A stretch of DNA of 64,000 nt from Pachysolen tannophilus NRRL Y-2460 (GCA_001661245.1 KV454012.1:216147-280146); one strand, 5' to 3'. Shown: positions 1 through 12,906, numbered from the stretch's first letter. The notes: generated by a model from the sequence alone, not told the origin. Translations and numbers: made by a program.

Positions 1-114
1 AAAAAAAATTTTAAAGCGCTGAATAAGAAAAGAAGAATTATATAATATATATATATATTTATATAATATATATTTATATATATTGTACTTTATAAGATAA
101 AGTAGATATTGAAC

Positions 115-337
115 ATGGCATCAGAAGGTATCACTGAAATTGATTCTAATTTAATCGAGACTAATTACGACAATGTCGTTTTCTCGTTTGATGATTTAAA
201 TTTAAAACCAGAAATCTTAAGAGGTAAGTAAATGTTATATTTTATTTAGAATAAGATTTGATTTTTTTTTAAATTTTTTAAAAAATTTCATAATTATTTA
301 ATTTATTTGAATATAGTTTGGAAAACTAACAGAAAGG

Positions 338-376
<39 letters not shown>

Positions 377-1471
377 ATTTCTATAGGTATTTTTGGTTAT
401 GGTTATGAAAGTCCATCTAGTATTCAACAACGTGCTATTTTACCAATTACTGAAGGTCGTGATGTATTGGCTCAAGCTCAATCCGGTACTGGTAAGACTG
501 CTACTTTTACCATTGCTGCTTTACAAAGAATTGATGAAAAGGAAAAAGCTACTCAAGCTCTTATCTTGGCACCAACTAGAGAATTGGCTTTACAAATTCA
601 AAAAGTTGTCTTGGCAATTGGTTTACATTTAGAAGTTACAGTTCATGCTTCTATTGGTGGTACTTCTATGAAAGAAGATATTGAAGCTTTTAAAGCTGGT
701 GTTCAAATTGTCGTTGGTACTCCAGGTAGAGTTTACGATATGATTGATAGAGGATATTTTAGAACTGATAAAATTAAAATGTTCATTTTGGATGAAGCTG
801 ATGAAATGTTATCATCTGGTTTTACCGAACAAATTTATAACATTTTCCGTTTATTACCACCAACTACTCAAGTTGTCTTATTATCAGCTACTATGCCACA
901 AGATGTCTTGGAAGTTACTACAAAATTCATGAGAAATCCAGTTAGAATCTTGGTTAAAAAAGATGAATTAACTTTAGAAGGTATTAAACAATTTTATATT
1001 AATGTTGATGAAGAAAAATTTAAATTTGAATGTTTATGTGATTTATATGATTCTATCTCAGTTACTCAAGCTGTTATTTTCTGTAACACAAAGAGAAAGG
1101 TTGAATATTTAACTGAACAATTAACAGAAAATAATTTTACAGTCTCTGCTATTCATTCGGAATTAAGTCAAAAGGAAAGAGATACCATTATGGAAGAATT
1201 TAGAACAGGTTCATCAAGAATCTTAATCTCTACCGATTTATTAGCAAGAGGTATTGATGTTCAACAAGTTTCATTGGTTATCAATTATGATTTACCATCA
1301 AACAAAGAAAACTATATTCATAGAATTGGTAGAGGTGGTCGTTTCGGTAGAAAAGGTGTTGCTATAAATTTTGTCACTGAAGAAGATGTTGGTATGATGA
1401 GAGAAATTGAACAATTCTACTCTACTCAAATCGAAGAAATGCCTGCTTCAATTAATGATTTATTTGATTAA
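115..1471 (+). CDS. TIF1: eIF4A DEAD-box translation initiation helicase; exons 115-223 and 387-1471
   Basis: ATG at 115 ([10 protein letters not shown]...). Intron 224-386 has GTAAGT, AACTAAC and TAG; splicing gives ..[18 protein letters not shown]. Motifs [21 protein letters not shown] and HRIGRGGR are present. Confidence 0.96.
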
Positions 1472-1952
1472 GTTTAAAAATGAAAATTGAAATTTGAAAA
1501 TTGAAAAAAACAAAAAGTTAAATAGAAAAGTACAAAACTTTCTTTTGACTCTTTTTCTTTTTCTCTTTTATTTTTTTTTTTATTATTTTAAAACTGAGTC
1601 CTTTTTTTTCATTTTTATTTTGTAGCTTTTATTTTTGATAATATATATATCTGTTCGTGGAGAGTTTGTTATAATTAGTTTTTTTTTTTTTTTTGAATAT
1701 CTGTTTCAGTATGTTATTATCATCTATCAAGAGCAAAGTTCATATATTTTATTTAAACAAACAAAAAAAATTAAAAAAAAAAAAAAAGAATAATAATAAT
1801 AATAAATTCATTTACACATTTATAAAATCATCACTATAATTTATTTATTTTTTTAAATATATAATAATTAATAGTTGAATAAGTATAGTAAAATTGAAAA
1901 AAAAAAGAAATGAATTAGCGATGATGAAATTGATATTGATATATTTAATACT

Positions 1953-3119
1953 TTAACGCCGCCTTATTCTTCTACGATCATTATTATAATTATACCTGTA
2001 ATAGTTATGATTATTTTTTCCACTTCTTATGCCTCCAGGATTTTTATCTGTTGTTGAAAACTTTCTCTTTTTCAACTTATTAACATTAGTTCCTGTACCA
2101 TTACCATTGTCTTTATCATTTTTAATTCTATCACCACCACCCCAATCATCATAACATTGCAGAACGATTAAATTTACTTCTTCCAATTCTTTGAATTCTT
2201 CATCTTCTAAATCTGGTTGATAATTAATTTTTTGGAAACATTCATTAAATTCTAATTGTAAATCATCAACATATGGATTTTCCCATAATTTTTCTTTTGA
2301 TTTTTTAGTACGTTCTCTATCATCTTCCATTCTTCTTAAAATCAATTTTTCATCTTTGTTTGAATTGCCATTTTTTGGAGTAACTATATTTGTAACTATA
2401 TTTGTTGTTGTTATTGTGGTAGAATTATTTAATAGTTGAGATTGATCCAGATTAATTGAAGATGATTGATTACTTGGTAATACATCATCCACTGAAGACA
2501 GAGGAGGTATTTCCAAAGGTATATGTTTATCTTTCCTTATTCTTTCATATTTACTCTGTTTTTTTTTCAATAATAAATATTCCCATACTTTTGTGAAAAC
2601 TTGATCAATATCATCATAATTATCAATTATTGGTAATTCATGTGTCATAAAATAATTTGTCTTTATAAACGGTACATCTTGCTCAATAAAAGACATATCT
2701 TCATCACTAATTAATTCTTTTGAAGCTGCAGAAAATTTCAACTTATATTCTAAAGATTTGGTAAATCCCAATAAATTGGATATCTTGAACAATATTAAAA
2801 AAGATGAATTTAAATTTGCATTATCATCATTTAAAATAATTTCAAAAATTCTATAAAAATCTCTAACAAAATTCGAAATATATGGCCTTGATGAAACTTG
2901 TAATGACTGCAATATCAAAACTTCAAAAAATTGAAACAAATTTAACTTATGATTCAAATCACTATTCTCTAAAACTTCTAATATACATGAATGGAAATCT
3001 TCTTGTAACTCTGAATTCGTAATAGCAAATTTACTAACATTGAGATTATTCGTATTGGAACATGTCAAAGACTTGAGCATCTGCTGGAATTTCAACCTAG
3101 CCTCAAACGGATCCATCAT
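1953..3119 (-). CDS. CTK3: CTD kinase I gamma subunit (Ctk3-like)
   Basis: N-terminal MDPFEARLKF and C-terminal RMEDDRERTKKSKEKLW match the Ctk3 family; first ATG at 3119. Confidence 0.8.
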   Translation of the reverse strand: MMDPFEARLKFQQMLKSLTCSNTNNLNVSKFAITNSELQEDFHSCILEVLENSDLNHKLNLFQFFEVLILQSLQVSSRPYISNFVRDFYRIFEIILNDDNANLNSSFLILFKISNLLGFTKSLEYKLKFSAASKELISDEDMSFIEQDVPFIKTNYFMTHELPIIDNYDDIDQVFTKVWEYLLLKKKQSKYERIRKDKHIPLEIPPLSSVDDVLPSNQSSSINLDQSQLLNNSTTITTTNIVTNIVTPKNGNSNKDEKLILRRMEDDRERTKKSKEKLWENPYVDDLQLEFNECFQKINYQPDLEDEEFKELEEVNLIVLQCYDDWGGGDRIKNDKDNGNGTGTNVNKLKKRKFSTTDKNPGGIRSGKNNHNYYRYNYNNDRRRIRRR

Positions 3120-3385
3120 AAACAAATTTATCTTTTCAACTTATTTATTTATTTATAAAAGAAAGTATTTTACTAAATAAAAAAATATTTATGTATTAAA
3201 TAAAATAGGTGAAGAGGTTTGAAAAATTTATCAAAACTTTTCAATATACAAATTTGAAAATTTAACAAAAATAGGTACAAAATAATAGATAATTGAATAA
3301 TTGAATAAACATATATATATATATATATTCGGTTGAAGTGATTTTGTGCTCTCTTGACTGCTGGTTGATTTATTTTGGTGTCTTT

Positions 3386-4555
3386 ATGAGGGTATTTCAG
3401 CAAACCCACTATGATTGTGGTACAAAGGATTGGATCTTAAAAGTTCTTTCTTTATCAAACCAGGGGATAGTGACTTCTTTGACGGATGGTACTGTTCGTA
3501 TTTTTCAACAAAATGGTTCTATTGATTCTCCTTTGAGTGTGATAAAGGCACATAGTTCCACTATTAATGGTATGGCAAAAGTTGATAGAAGTAATGTTAT
3601 TTCCACTTGTGCTTCTGATTCGATAAAAATTTGGGATCCAAGGAAAAGTATCACAACTCCAACAACGGTATTAAATAATGGGAAATCTTTTCTTTCATTA
3701 GATTCAAATTATAATTGGTTATTGGCAGCTGGAACAGAGTTACAAGGTGTTGATGCTGAGGTTTATATTTGGGATTTAAGAAATACAAAAGAAACAGTTC
3801 GATCATATGTGGATTCACATCATGATGATGTTACTGAAATTAAATTTCATCAGACAAATAAAGATTTATTACTCTCAGGTTCTACAGATGGTTATGTCAA
3901 CATTTATGACATGAAGATACTGGATGAAGAAGATGCATTGCATCAAGTGATCAACTTTGCTTCAATTCATTCTGCAAATTTCATATCAAAAAACAGAATT
4001 GCAACATTATCCCACATGGAAACTTTTGCAATTCATGGATTAAACGAAGATGAATCCGAGGAATTGACACAACCACTTCCTTCAAAAGATTTTGGAGATG
4101 TAAGAGAGTTATGGAATTGTGAGTATGTAGTAGATATTTATCCCGGATACGTAGCATGTGGTGCTAATTCCAGATCTGAGCTCACGTTATACCCTTTCGA
4201 TGCCGTTTCAGAAACTATAGATTTATCAAAACCAGTATGGTTGGCTGGAGCTCATGGAGAAGAAGTTGTTAGGTCAGTTTGCTATGTTGGAGAAATGATA
4301 TATAGTGGTGGTGAAGATGGATGTTTAAGAGTATGGAAACTGCCACCAAAGGGACAATTGCAAGTTATGAATGATTTCTTTGGTGAAGAAAAAAATTATG
4401 AACAAGTTCAAGATAAAGAAATGGAAATCGAACATGAAATGGAAGATATAAAGAAGGATAAGAGTAGTAAAGAAAAGAAAAGTAAAAAAGATAAATCATC
4501 TGACAAGGACAAGAAAAAGAAAAAGAAAAAAGACATTAGATTTAAACCTTACTAA
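3386..4555 (+). CDS. WD40-repeat protein (WDR89/YNL035C-like)
   Basis: Motifs LLAAGTEL, WDLR, YVDSHHDDVT, LLSGSTDG, EEDALHQVINFASIH and a C-terminal RFKPY; first ATG at 3386. Confidence 0.8.
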   Translation: MRVFQQTHYDCGTKDWILKVLSLSNQGIVTSLTDGTVRIFQQNGSIDSPLSVIKAHSSTINGMAKVDRSNVISTCASDSIKIWDPRKSITTPTTVLNNGKSFLSLDSNYNWLLAAGTELQGVDAEVYIWDLRNTKETVRSYVDSHHDDVTEIKFHQTNKDLLLSGSTDGYVNIYDMKILDEEDALHQVINFASIHSANFISKNRIATLSHMETFAIHGLNEDESEELTQPLPSKDFGDVRELWNCEYVVDIYPGYVACGANSRSELTLYPFDAVSETIDLSKPVWLAGAHGEEVVRSVCYVGEMIYSGGEDGCLRVWKLPPKGQLQVMNDFFGEEKNYEQVQDKEMEIEHEMEDIKKDKSSKEKKSKKDKSSDKDKKKKKKKDIRFKPY

Positions 4556-4874
4556 ATTTTCACTAATTTTGAAACATCCATCACATTTACATTAATAGAC
4601 AATCTGTTCAATTGCTATATCACACATGAGACACAACAACAACGACAAGAACAACAAAAAAAAAAAAAATAAAGATAAGAAGATAGATATAATTCATAAA
4701 TACTTTAAATAATCATATTGTGATAAAAATAAAAAAAAATTTATATAAATTGTAACTAAAATCCTAATTTCAGATGATTGATAGAAAACTGGAAACTAGC
4801 TTTTACTTAGTTTCACATCCTTCATTATCAACCTTTTGATGTCTTTTTTTTTTTTTTTTTTGTTTCTCTTCTTT

Positions 4875-5289
4875 NNNNNNNNNNNNNNNNNNNNNNNNNN
4901 NNNNNNNNNNNNNNNNNNNNNNNNNNNNNNNNNNNNNNNNNNNNNNNNNNNNNNNNNNNNNNNNNNNNNNNNNNNNNNNNNNNNNNNNNNNNNNNNNNNN
5001 NNNNNNNNNNNNNNNNNNNNNNNNNNNNNNNNNNNNNNNNNNNNNNNNNNNNNNNNNNNNNNNNNNNNNNNNNNNNNNNNNNNNNNNNNNNNNNNNNNNN
5101 NNNNNNNNNNNNNNNNNNNNNNNNNNNNNNNNNNNNNNNNNNNNNNNNNNNNNNNNNNNNNNNNNNNNNNNNNNNNNNNNNNNNNNNNNNNNNNNNNNNN
5201 NNNNNNNNNNNNNNNNNNNNNNNNNNNNNNNNNNNNNNNNNNNNNNNNNNNNNNNNNNNNNNNNNNNNNNNNNNNNNNNNNNNNNNNNN
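4875..5289. other. Assembly gap (N run) flanked by poly-T
   Basis: N run in the sequence. Confidence 1.
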
Positions 5290-5415
5290 TTTTTTTTTTT
5301 TTTTTTGGTTTTCTTCGCTTTTCTATAAAATAAAATAAAATAAAATAAAATAAAATAAAATAAAATAAAAAGTTTTTAATTTTTTTTTTTTGGTTTTTTT
5401 ATTTTTTATTTTTCA

Positions 5416-6996
5416 TCACTTTTTTGGTGGTGGTGATGATGATGACTTTTTATCAACGTCTTCCAAAGCATCCTTCATTTCTTGTTGAGGTTTTACAGTT
5501 TCTTGAACGATTTCTTCTTTTTCTTTAGCATCTTGTTCATCTTTAGTCTTTTCATCAGGTTTTTCATTTTTTTCAGTGGTTTCTTTCTTTTCGTTAGCTT
5601 CAGTCTTTGCATTTTCTTTATTTTGAATTTCATCTTCATAATCACTTAATTTAATATCATCTTTAACAACTTGTTCTGAAGATTTTGCCTGTTCATTTTC
5701 TTCTTTAATTAATTCATCTTGTTCTTTCAAAATATTCAATTTCAATTTACTATCCTTACTTTCAATCTCCAGTTTAGTTACGTTGTAAACTTCATCAGGG
5801 ATAGAACTTAAGACTGCTAATAATGCATCATAATAATTTTCTAAATCATCAGCATGTTCTCCATATGTAAAAGTTGAAGATAAAATTAATAAAGTTGATG
5901 GAATTTTTTGACGTAATCTTAAATCTAACCAAATACGTAAATCATCTCTTAATCTTGCAGGAGAAACACCTAAAGTTTTTATACCTCTTGAAGCACATGC
6001 ACTTTGTAATTCAGGAATACTCAAGCTATCAACACCTTCATAATCTATAGCTCTATCATCTTTAATAATTTGTAATAATCTATATCTAATTTGATATCTT
6101 AACATTGGATCAGTACCAAAATGGCTTAAATTCATATATTTTGCCATTGCAACAAGTTGTGGTCTAGATAAATTATCCAAAACTTGATCATTTTTAAAGT
6201 ATCTTGCAACTCTTAATAAATGTTCTATTGTTGGTTTTTTAACTCCAGTATTTAAAATTTTGAAAAATTCTACAAAATCTTTTTTCTCTTCATCAGTAAC
6301 TTGTTTTGGAATTTTTAATCCACTTTCTGAAACAGTTTTTTGTATATATTCTGAAGTTTTCTTTCTTGTATCCAATAAAGTTTTCTTTTTCTGATTTTTA
6401 TCTGCAGTAGATTCATAAGTTGAAGGTAAAAGGTTTGGAAATAATTTTAAAGCAATTGGTAATAATAATTCTGCAAATGGAATAATAATAAACATTGAAA
6501 ATGGTAAAAGTCTCAGAATATCACCAAGAGTTCTTGAAAGTTGAGAATTTTCTCTTCTTGATAATTCATAACCTGCAGCAAGTTTCATTAATAATTTCAG
6601 TGAAACTTTACATTCATAACCTAATAATTTTGTACCATCCCAATAATGATGAGCTTCATGTTTTATCTTTTCCCAAAGAGTCAATTTTTTATCAGTCTTG
6701 GCAACTGCACCACCACCATTGCTACTACTACTTGAATCTTGAGTTTTTTTAGATTCTTGTAATTTTAAATCTCCAGCTACAACATTAGAACTCCCCAGTT
6801 TTGGTAATTTCTCCTTAGTAGAATCTGTCTCATTCAAACCAGGAGTTGTTGAATAAAATTGAAACCTAGTATTAACAGTATTCCCATTCAAATTAAGTAC
6901 TCTTCCACCAATGGGTAATACTCGCTGATTATTATTAAATGCCAATGCCCGAACCTTTGTACTGGTTGAAGTGGCAATTCTAAAACTTAAACTCAT
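5416..6996 (-). CDS. MDM38: LETM1-family mitochondrial inner-membrane protein (Mdm38/Ylh47)
   Basis: Motifs [34 protein letters not shown] and [11 protein letters not shown]; presequence-like N-terminus from ATG 6996. Confidence 0.88.
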   Translation of the reverse strand: MSLSFRIATSTSTKVRALAFNNNQRVLPIGGRVLNLNGNTVNTRFQFYSTTPGLNETDSTKEKLPKLGSSNVVAGDLKLQESKKTQDSSSSSNGGGAVAKTDKKLTLWEKIKHEAHHYWDGTKLLGYECKVSLKLLMKLAAGYELSRRENSQLSRTLGDILRLLPFSMFIIIPFAELLLPIALKLFPNLLPSTYESTADKNQKKKTLLDTRKKTSEYIQKTVSESGLKIPKQVTDEEKKDFVEFFKILNTGVKKPTIEHLLRVARYFKNDQVLDNLSRPQLVAMAKYMNLSHFGTDPMLRYQIRYRLLQIIKDDRAIDYEGVDSLSIPELQSACASRGIKTLGVSPARLRDDLRIWLDLRLRQKIPSTLLILSSTFTYGEHADDLENYYDALLAVLSSIPDEVYNVTKLEIESKDSKLKLNILKEQDELIKEENEQAKSSEQVVKDDIKLSDYEDEIQNKENAKTEANEKKETTEKNEKPDEKTKDEQDAKEKEEIVQETVKPQQEMKDALEDVDKKSSSSPPPKK

Positions 6997-7519
6997 TACC
7001 AAAATTGCATACACATATAAATTCACACCTATTAAAAAAAATAAAAAAATTAATATTTCCTTTCTTCTTCTTGTATTCTTCTTTTTTTTTTTTTCTTTTT
7101 CCTTTTTTCCCCTTTTTTACTTTTTCTGTGTTTCAACCTTTTACTAATCTCTGAAAACCGATGAAAAAACCACTTCTATATAGAATTCAATCAATTCTAT
7201 ATAGTTGGTATTATTGACATTAAAATAATTGTTATTGGTACAAAACAATTTCTACCCCCCAAAAAGAGAAGAAAAAAAAAAAAAAAAAAATTTTTTTTCC
7301 GGAAAAAGGGCAAAGGGCAAGTCTGGAGATGGAAAAAAATTTAAAGAAAAACATAGAAAAAATTACTAGAAATAGTAATTCTTACACTAGAATGGCCAAA
7401 AAAAAAAAAAAAAAAATCCCCAAGTGGTAATTTCTGGTGCTCATGTATCAATGGTGAGGTTATTTAGTGGAGAAAAGGGCAGATTTTAAGCCTAAGAGAT
7501 AAACCCAAAATTGCCTAAT

Positions 7520-7526
7520 CGGGTAA
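7520..7526 (-). promoter_or_regulatory. Reb1-type site (TTACCCG) in a divergent promoter
   Basis: CGGGTAA at 7520-7526 between divergent genes, next to a TA tract. Confidence 0.4.
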
Positions 7527-7648
7527 TTTTCTAAGGTGATATATATATATATATATAATATATATAATATATATAATAAAAGATATTATGGTATTAAATA
7601 AGTTAGTTATTTTGTTATTCTTGTGGTATAGGTTTTATCTTGATAAGG

Positions 7649-8566
7649 ATGAGTTCTAATTCGAATTTTCCTATGAGAATGCCTGGATCATTTCCTGGCT
7701 TTTCTGGAGCTTCAAATTTTTTTGGGGGAACCGATAATAATAGAAATAGCAATAATGTAATTGATGAAGAAGAATTAAATAAGATTCATTTAAATATGGT
7801 TCAAACTAGGAAACAAAAATGTAAAAAATTTCAACATTTATTATTACAAGAATATGATACTATTACTATATCAATATTAATTATTGCTTATTATTTTGAT
7901 AATTCTGTTTTTAAATTATTTATACGATATTCATTACAATATTATTTATTAAATTTAAATGATTTTTTAGATACATTAATTGAACTGAATCAAATTGATA
8001 TTTTAAGTACAAGTACAATAGAAGATCAAGAATTACAAAGATCATTAAATAATTCAATTCAATTACTTCGATCAAGGTATCAATCAAGTTTAAAAATTGG
8101 TTTATTACTTTTTAATGGATTTTGTATTTTAGATCATTCTTTTAATTTAAAAAATTTACCAATATCGTCATTAAAAGGAAAAGGAGAATATTTACATGGT
8201 TTTTGGTTTTTAAATGTAATAGGACAATCACCTTTAAATTCAAAATACCCTATTGTAATGGCAGATTTATTAATTTTATGTTTACAATGTTGTTTATATA
8301 AATTTAAATTTCAATCCATTAATCAAAACCATGATCATGATCATGATCATGATTCAATGGATTTAATAGAAGATGGATTTAGTGGTGAACCTATTGTATC
8401 AACAATAGATTTAGTCCCAAATATTGGTATTAAAGATATAATGAATACAATAGGTTTAAAAAAATTATCATTACATAATAACAACCAAATTCTAGATCCT
8501 GAATATCGTCCTTTTACTTCAACTATAAGGTCATCAGAATCTACTGGATCTTATGGAGCGGTCTAG
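7649..8566 (+). CDS. DUF1746-like membrane protein (Dsc4/Vld1/Gld1-like)
   Basis: YDTITISILIIAYYFDNSVFKLFIR, YLHGFWFLNVIGQ and DLLILCLQ resemble DUF1746; several hydrophobic segments. Confidence 0.55.
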   Translation: MSSNSNFPMRMPGSFPGFSGASNFFGGTDNNRNSNNVIDEEELNKIHLNMVQTRKQKCKKFQHLLLQEYDTITISILIIAYYFDNSVFKLFIRYSLQYYLLNLNDFLDTLIELNQIDILSTSTIEDQELQRSLNNSIQLLRSRYQSSLKIGLLLFNGFCILDHSFNLKNLPISSLKGKGEYLHGFWFLNVIGQSPLNSKYPIVMADLLILCLQCCLYKFKFQSINQNHDHDHDHDSMDLIEDGFSGEPIVSTIDLVPNIGIKDIMNTIGLKKLSLHNNNQILDPEYRPFTSTIRSSESTGSYGAV

Positions 8567-8885
8567 ATACTATGTTTTCCATACCCTATCATACATTACA
8601 TACCCTTGAAGTTAAGTTAAGTTAAGTTCACCCACTCACCCTCCCTTTGATTGCTCTAGAACATGGATTGAAAATGCATAGTGGAATAAAAATAAGGGCG
8701 GTGGGAGAAGATTTTTTTCCCTCCACCACCGCTTGCCGCTGAAACCGCTGACACAACTTGTCACTTGCCGCCGCCGCCACCCATTTCGTCTACCCTTTTT
8801 TTTTCTTTTTTTTTTCTTTTTAGACCCCATTCCAGGCTCTGTTTCAACCCGCTCTCAACCCGCCCTGGACTCGCTTTTTTTTTTT

Positions 8886-8912
8886 GCTAGACCAGCTAGA
8901 CCAGCTAGACCA
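8886..8912 (+). repeat. Tandem 9-mer (GCTAGACCA)x3
   Basis: Three exact copies, inside a GC-rich intergenic island. Confidence 0.9.
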
Positions 8913-9458
8913 ACTTACTACCGTATACCGTCTTGTTATTATACCTGTACGGCTGAGCTCACCTGACCTCACCTATAGCCCTTGTTAGCCGGGCCACTAA
9001 GGCTTTCTACCCGCCTGATCCACCACCCGCCCGCACTTCCCTTCTTTCCATTCCCTTCTTGCCTGGGCCACCCGCTACTTTTAAGCCAATAAATTAGCTT
9101 ACGTCATGTTTTTTTTTTTGCTTATAATTTTTTAATTTTTTTTACTTTTTTTCTTTGTATATTCGGAAAGGCTGTTTGAATGAGAGGAGTTTAAGTGATG
9201 CTGTTTTCAATAATAATACATGTGGTTAGGTTTTCTATATATCAAATACAAATAAATAAATAAATAAATAATAATAATTAATAATTTATTTAAAATCTTG
9301 TAATTAATTAATTTAATCAAATATTATCTTTTTTTTTTTTTTACTTTTTTGATAGATAGATTTTAAAAATTATTACTATGTTAATCTGAAAGATAAAAAA
9401 GATAAATAAAAAAAAAAAATTTTTTATATAAAGATTTTATAAAAATACAAAGAGCGAT

Positions 9459-12071
9459 ATGTATCAAATGCCAAATAATGCTAATGCTAGCTCTAGCAAT
9501 CAATCAGATGTTAATTATTTTGATTATAGGAATTTGAATAGTAATCCGTCATTATATTCGGAATCAACAACTTCATCTTCTTTTTTATTTAATGAACTGA
9601 ATAATGTTTCGCCGCCGATACCAGAAGATTCAAATGATGATTCAAATTTATTATATGGGAATTTAATTTTACCGCTGTCACATCCAAATTCTCCATACCA
9701 TATTTCATTACCTGTAAAGACGGCGGTACCAACTCAAGAGTTGGCTAAAAGATTTACAATTTGGAAAAAAATTATTAAACAATTAATTTTTTATTTTAAA
9801 GAAGTTGCAGTATTAAGACAACATTATTATCAATTAAATTTACATATGTTAGATAATATTCAATTTTTATCTGGTAATTCCAAAAATAAAAAAGGTGGTG
9901 GTAATAGTGGTATTAATGGCGGTGGTGGTATGAACACCATGAATTCAGGAACTATGTCACCAGGAGGAAATTCAATTAATAATAGTGGGAATGGTCTTAC
10001 ACCAAATCAAGATATTTTTTTTGGTAGTTCTGAAGATAAATTTATAAATTCATCTTTTTTACCAATTAATTCAAAATCAGTACAAAGTATTCCTGCAACT
10101 TTATTTAATTATCATAAATCTTTAAGTGAAAAAGAATTAATAACTTATAGTGAATTAACTTTAAAAATTATACCCAGATTAGAAAATTTGAAAAAATCTT
10201 TAAATTTTAAAATAAAAGAAATTTTAAATTTAAAATCAGATTTTAAATTTACAAGATTAAGAACAGAAGTTGCAATGACAGGTCAAATTTTAAATAGTTA
10301 TATTTCTTCAATTGAAATGTTAGAAAAAGGTTATGTTACAGCAAATTCATGGGGTCAATCTACAGATCAATCTAATTCAACAATAAAAATTTCTGGTAAA
10401 AATGATCCTTATTTATTAAAACTTCAATTGGATTTACAATTGAAAAAACAATTATTGGAAGAAAATTATTTAAAAGAAGCTTTTGTAAATTTACAAAATT
10501 CAGCTTTAGAATTAGAAAAAATCATTTATAAAGAATTACAAAATGCAATGAAAAATTATAGTAAATTAATTAATACAGAAATTGAAAGTGTTAAAATTTC
10601 TTTAATTAATGATTTAAGTGATAATTTTTTACAAAATAATCAATCAATTGATTGGAATTATTTTATAAATAATGATAATAATAAAAATTTTATCAAAATT
10701 GATAATACAGATGCATTGAAAATTAAAAAATTATCAGATATTTCTTATCCTTATCAACAAAAATTATTGGGAAAATGTATAAGATCTGGATATCTTGAAA
10801 AAAAATCAAAATTTTTAAAAAATTATAGTAGATTTTTTTACGTTTTAACTTTAAATTATTTTCATGAATTTAAAACAAATGATAGGAAAAAAGATCCATA
10901 CCCAATTTCTTCTATTAATTTAAATCAATGTGTATTGACTGATTATGAAAATGATAGAAAATTAATTTTACATACAAGAAATAACAATGGTTCTACAATG
11001 AATTATGTTTTCAAATGTAATGACTCAAAAGAATTGACAAAGTGGTATAACGATTTAAAAGAATTGACAAGTTTTAATGATTCCATCGAAAGAAATAGAT
11101 ATTTTGAATTGAAATATAAAGATGGTTATAATAATAGTATCAATTCTTCATCATCTGCATCTACTGATTTTACTAAAAATTCGGGTTCAACAAATCAAAG
11201 TTCTATTTCAGGTTCATCAGGTGATCTTCAAGGTTCTACTTTAAGTCTTCCTAAAATTAATAATAACGCTAATAGTAGCACTGGCAATTTTCTCAAGAAT
11301 CATAAGAAATCATCATCGTCATCATCATCATTATTACAAAAATCTCTTAATTTCAATCAATCATTACCAAAACCTAAATCTGCTACTAATCTTTCTAATT
11401 TGAAAAACAACGCATTATCTACTGGATCTGGAGGTTCTTCATCATTTTCTGATACTTCAACTTTAAATACTCCGGGAAGTGATTCAACACCTCGTGCAGA
11501 AGATGCTCATAAACTGGGACAAATTACTATGCATTTGAATTTATCCAATCAAAATTTGATTCCTAATATTGTTGTTGGTGAATCACCTAGTGGATTAGAT
11601 ACTGCTTCATCCAGATCTACTCCAACAAATACCCTCAGAGTCTCTGGTAGACCTATTCCTGGTGAAGGTGGAGATTATTTTGGCAACATTGCTAATAATT
11701 CCACATCACAAGGTGAAGGTGGTACAAGGCATTCAAGTTTACCAATAGTAGCATCAAATTCTTCAAACTCATCATTGACAAACATGCGAAATCAAGGGGC
11801 AGCAACTTCTCCTTCAGGTCAAAGAACTCCACCAGTGGCTAATAAGAATAATAAAAAATTCAACTACCGTATCCAACTACCTTCACCTCAGGGTAACTTA
11901 AACCAAATGGTTATGCATATGAACAGTAACGGTGGGACTCCAAACCCTGGTAATATTCCACAGACTCCCGGAGAGTTACCTAATCATTCCGTCAGTGAAA
12001 TTATTAATGATTTCCAGCATACTCATATAGATAATGCCAATTATGATGAAGAACATAATAACACACAGTAG
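9459..12071 (+). CDS. SLM1: BAR-PH domain phosphoinositide-binding protein (Slm1/Slm2-like)
   Basis: DPYLLKLQLDLQLKKQLLEENYLKEAF and the PH domain CIRSGYLEKKSKFLKNYSRFFYVLT; Ser/Asn-rich tail. Confidence 0.78.
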   Translation: MYQMPNNANASSSNQSDVNYFDYRNLNSNPSLYSESTTSSSFLFNELNNVSPPIPEDSNDDSNLLYGNLILPLSHPNSPYHISLPVKTAVPTQELAKRFTIWKKIIKQLIFYFKEVAVLRQHYYQLNLHMLDNIQFLSGNSKNKKGGGNSGINGGGGMNTMNSGTMSPGGNSINNSGNGLTPNQDIFFGSSEDKFINSSFLPINSKSVQSIPATLFNYHKSLSEKELITYSELTLKIIPRLENLKKSLNFKIKEILNLKSDFKFTRLRTEVAMTGQILNSYISSIEMLEKGYVTANSWGQSTDQSNSTIKISGKNDPYLLKLQLDLQLKKQLLEENYLKEAFVNLQNSALELEKIIYKELQNAMKNYSKLINTEIESVKISLINDLSDNFLQNNQSIDWNYFINNDNNKNFIKIDNTDALKIKKLSDISYPYQQKLLGKCIRSGYLEKKSKFLKNYSRFFYVLTLNYFHEFKTNDRKKDPYPISSINLNQCVLTDYENDRKLILHTRNNNGSTMNYVFKCNDSKELTKWYNDLKELTSFNDSIERNRYFELKYKDGYNNSINSSSSASTDFTKNSGSTNQSSISGSSGDLQGSTLSLPKINNNANSSTGNFLKNHKKSSSSSSSLLQKSLNFNQSLPKPKSATNLSNLKNNALSTGSGGSSSFSDTSTLNTPGSDSTPRAEDAHKLGQITMHLNLSNQNLIPNIVVGESPSGLDTASSRSTPTNTLRVSGRPIPGEGGDYFGNIANNSTSQGEGGTRHSSLPIVASNSSNSSLTNMRNQGAATSPSGQRTPPVANKNNKKFNYRIQLPSPQGNLNQMVMHMNSNGGTPNPGNIPQTPGELPNHSVSEIINDFQHTHIDNANYDEEHNNTQ

Positions 12072-12083
12072 AAAAAATAAAAA

Positions 12084-12122
<39 letters not shown>

Positions 12123-12342
12123 AAGATGTGCCGTTTTTCTTGCTGTTAATATTTTATAAAAGTATATAAATTTGTTTATATCCAATTACGCTGTATATTT
12201 TTTAAATTATTTTGCGCTTTCATTCCAGGTTATGGAATTTATTTTGATTTTATTCTATATTTTGTTTTTTTTTTTGAAAATATTTTTATTTAGCATTAAG
12301 GTTTAATTATATAAAGGCGCATATATATATTAATATATATAT

Positions 12343-12834
12343 TTATTGTTTTCCTGTACTTCCAAATCCTCCTTCACCTCTCTCCGTATCATCCAACTCT
12401 TCTTTTGAAATTTCAGCAACCTCTGCATTAACAATCTTTTCCAAGACCAATTGTGCAATTCTATCACCTGCATTAATTTCAAAATCTTTATCACCATGAT
12501 TGAACAAGACAATTTTAACTTCACCTCTATAATCAGCATCAATCACACCAGCACCCGTTGAGATTCCATGCTTAACAGCTAAACCCGATCTTGGTGCCAC
12601 TCTACCATAAGTCCCAATCGGAACAATAATGGAAATGTCAGTAGAAACTAAACCTTGGCCTTTTGCTGGAATCAAAGCTTTTTCAGATGAATATAAATCA
12701 TAACCTGCTGCAAAAGGAGATCCTCTTGTTGGTAATTTACCTGCTGGTGACCTTAAAAAAACCTTCAACTGCTCTGAAACTTTTGTCTTCTTAATCATTG
12801 GCTCCTCTTGTTGCTCTTGCTTATCAACGGACAT
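12343..12834 (-). CDS. DUT1: dUTP pyrophosphatase
   Basis: All five dUTPase motifs: [42 protein letters not shown] at 12834. Confidence 0.96.
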   Translation of the reverse strand: MSVDKQEQQEEPMIKKTKVSEQLKVFLRSPAGKLPTRGSPFAAGYDLYSSEKALIPAKGQGLVSTDISIIVPIGTYGRVAPRSGLAVKHGISTGAGVIDADYRGEVKIVLFNHGDKDFEINAGDRIAQLVLEKIVNAEVAEISKEELDDTERGEGGFGSTGKQ

Positions 12835-12906
12835 ATTCACTATACCTATTGTTTATTACTATTTTGTGATTATAATTAAAATATAATTTATATTAAAATG
12901 AAAAAA

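Noticed and set aside
4836..5333. ORFs running through N gaps (also 28019-28576 and 37138-37446)
   Set aside because: Made of X residues; artefacts of the gaps.
8636..8966. Short ORFs in the GC-rich island
   Set aside because: Non-ATG starts, atypical codon usage, homopolymer-derived residues and no recognisable homology.
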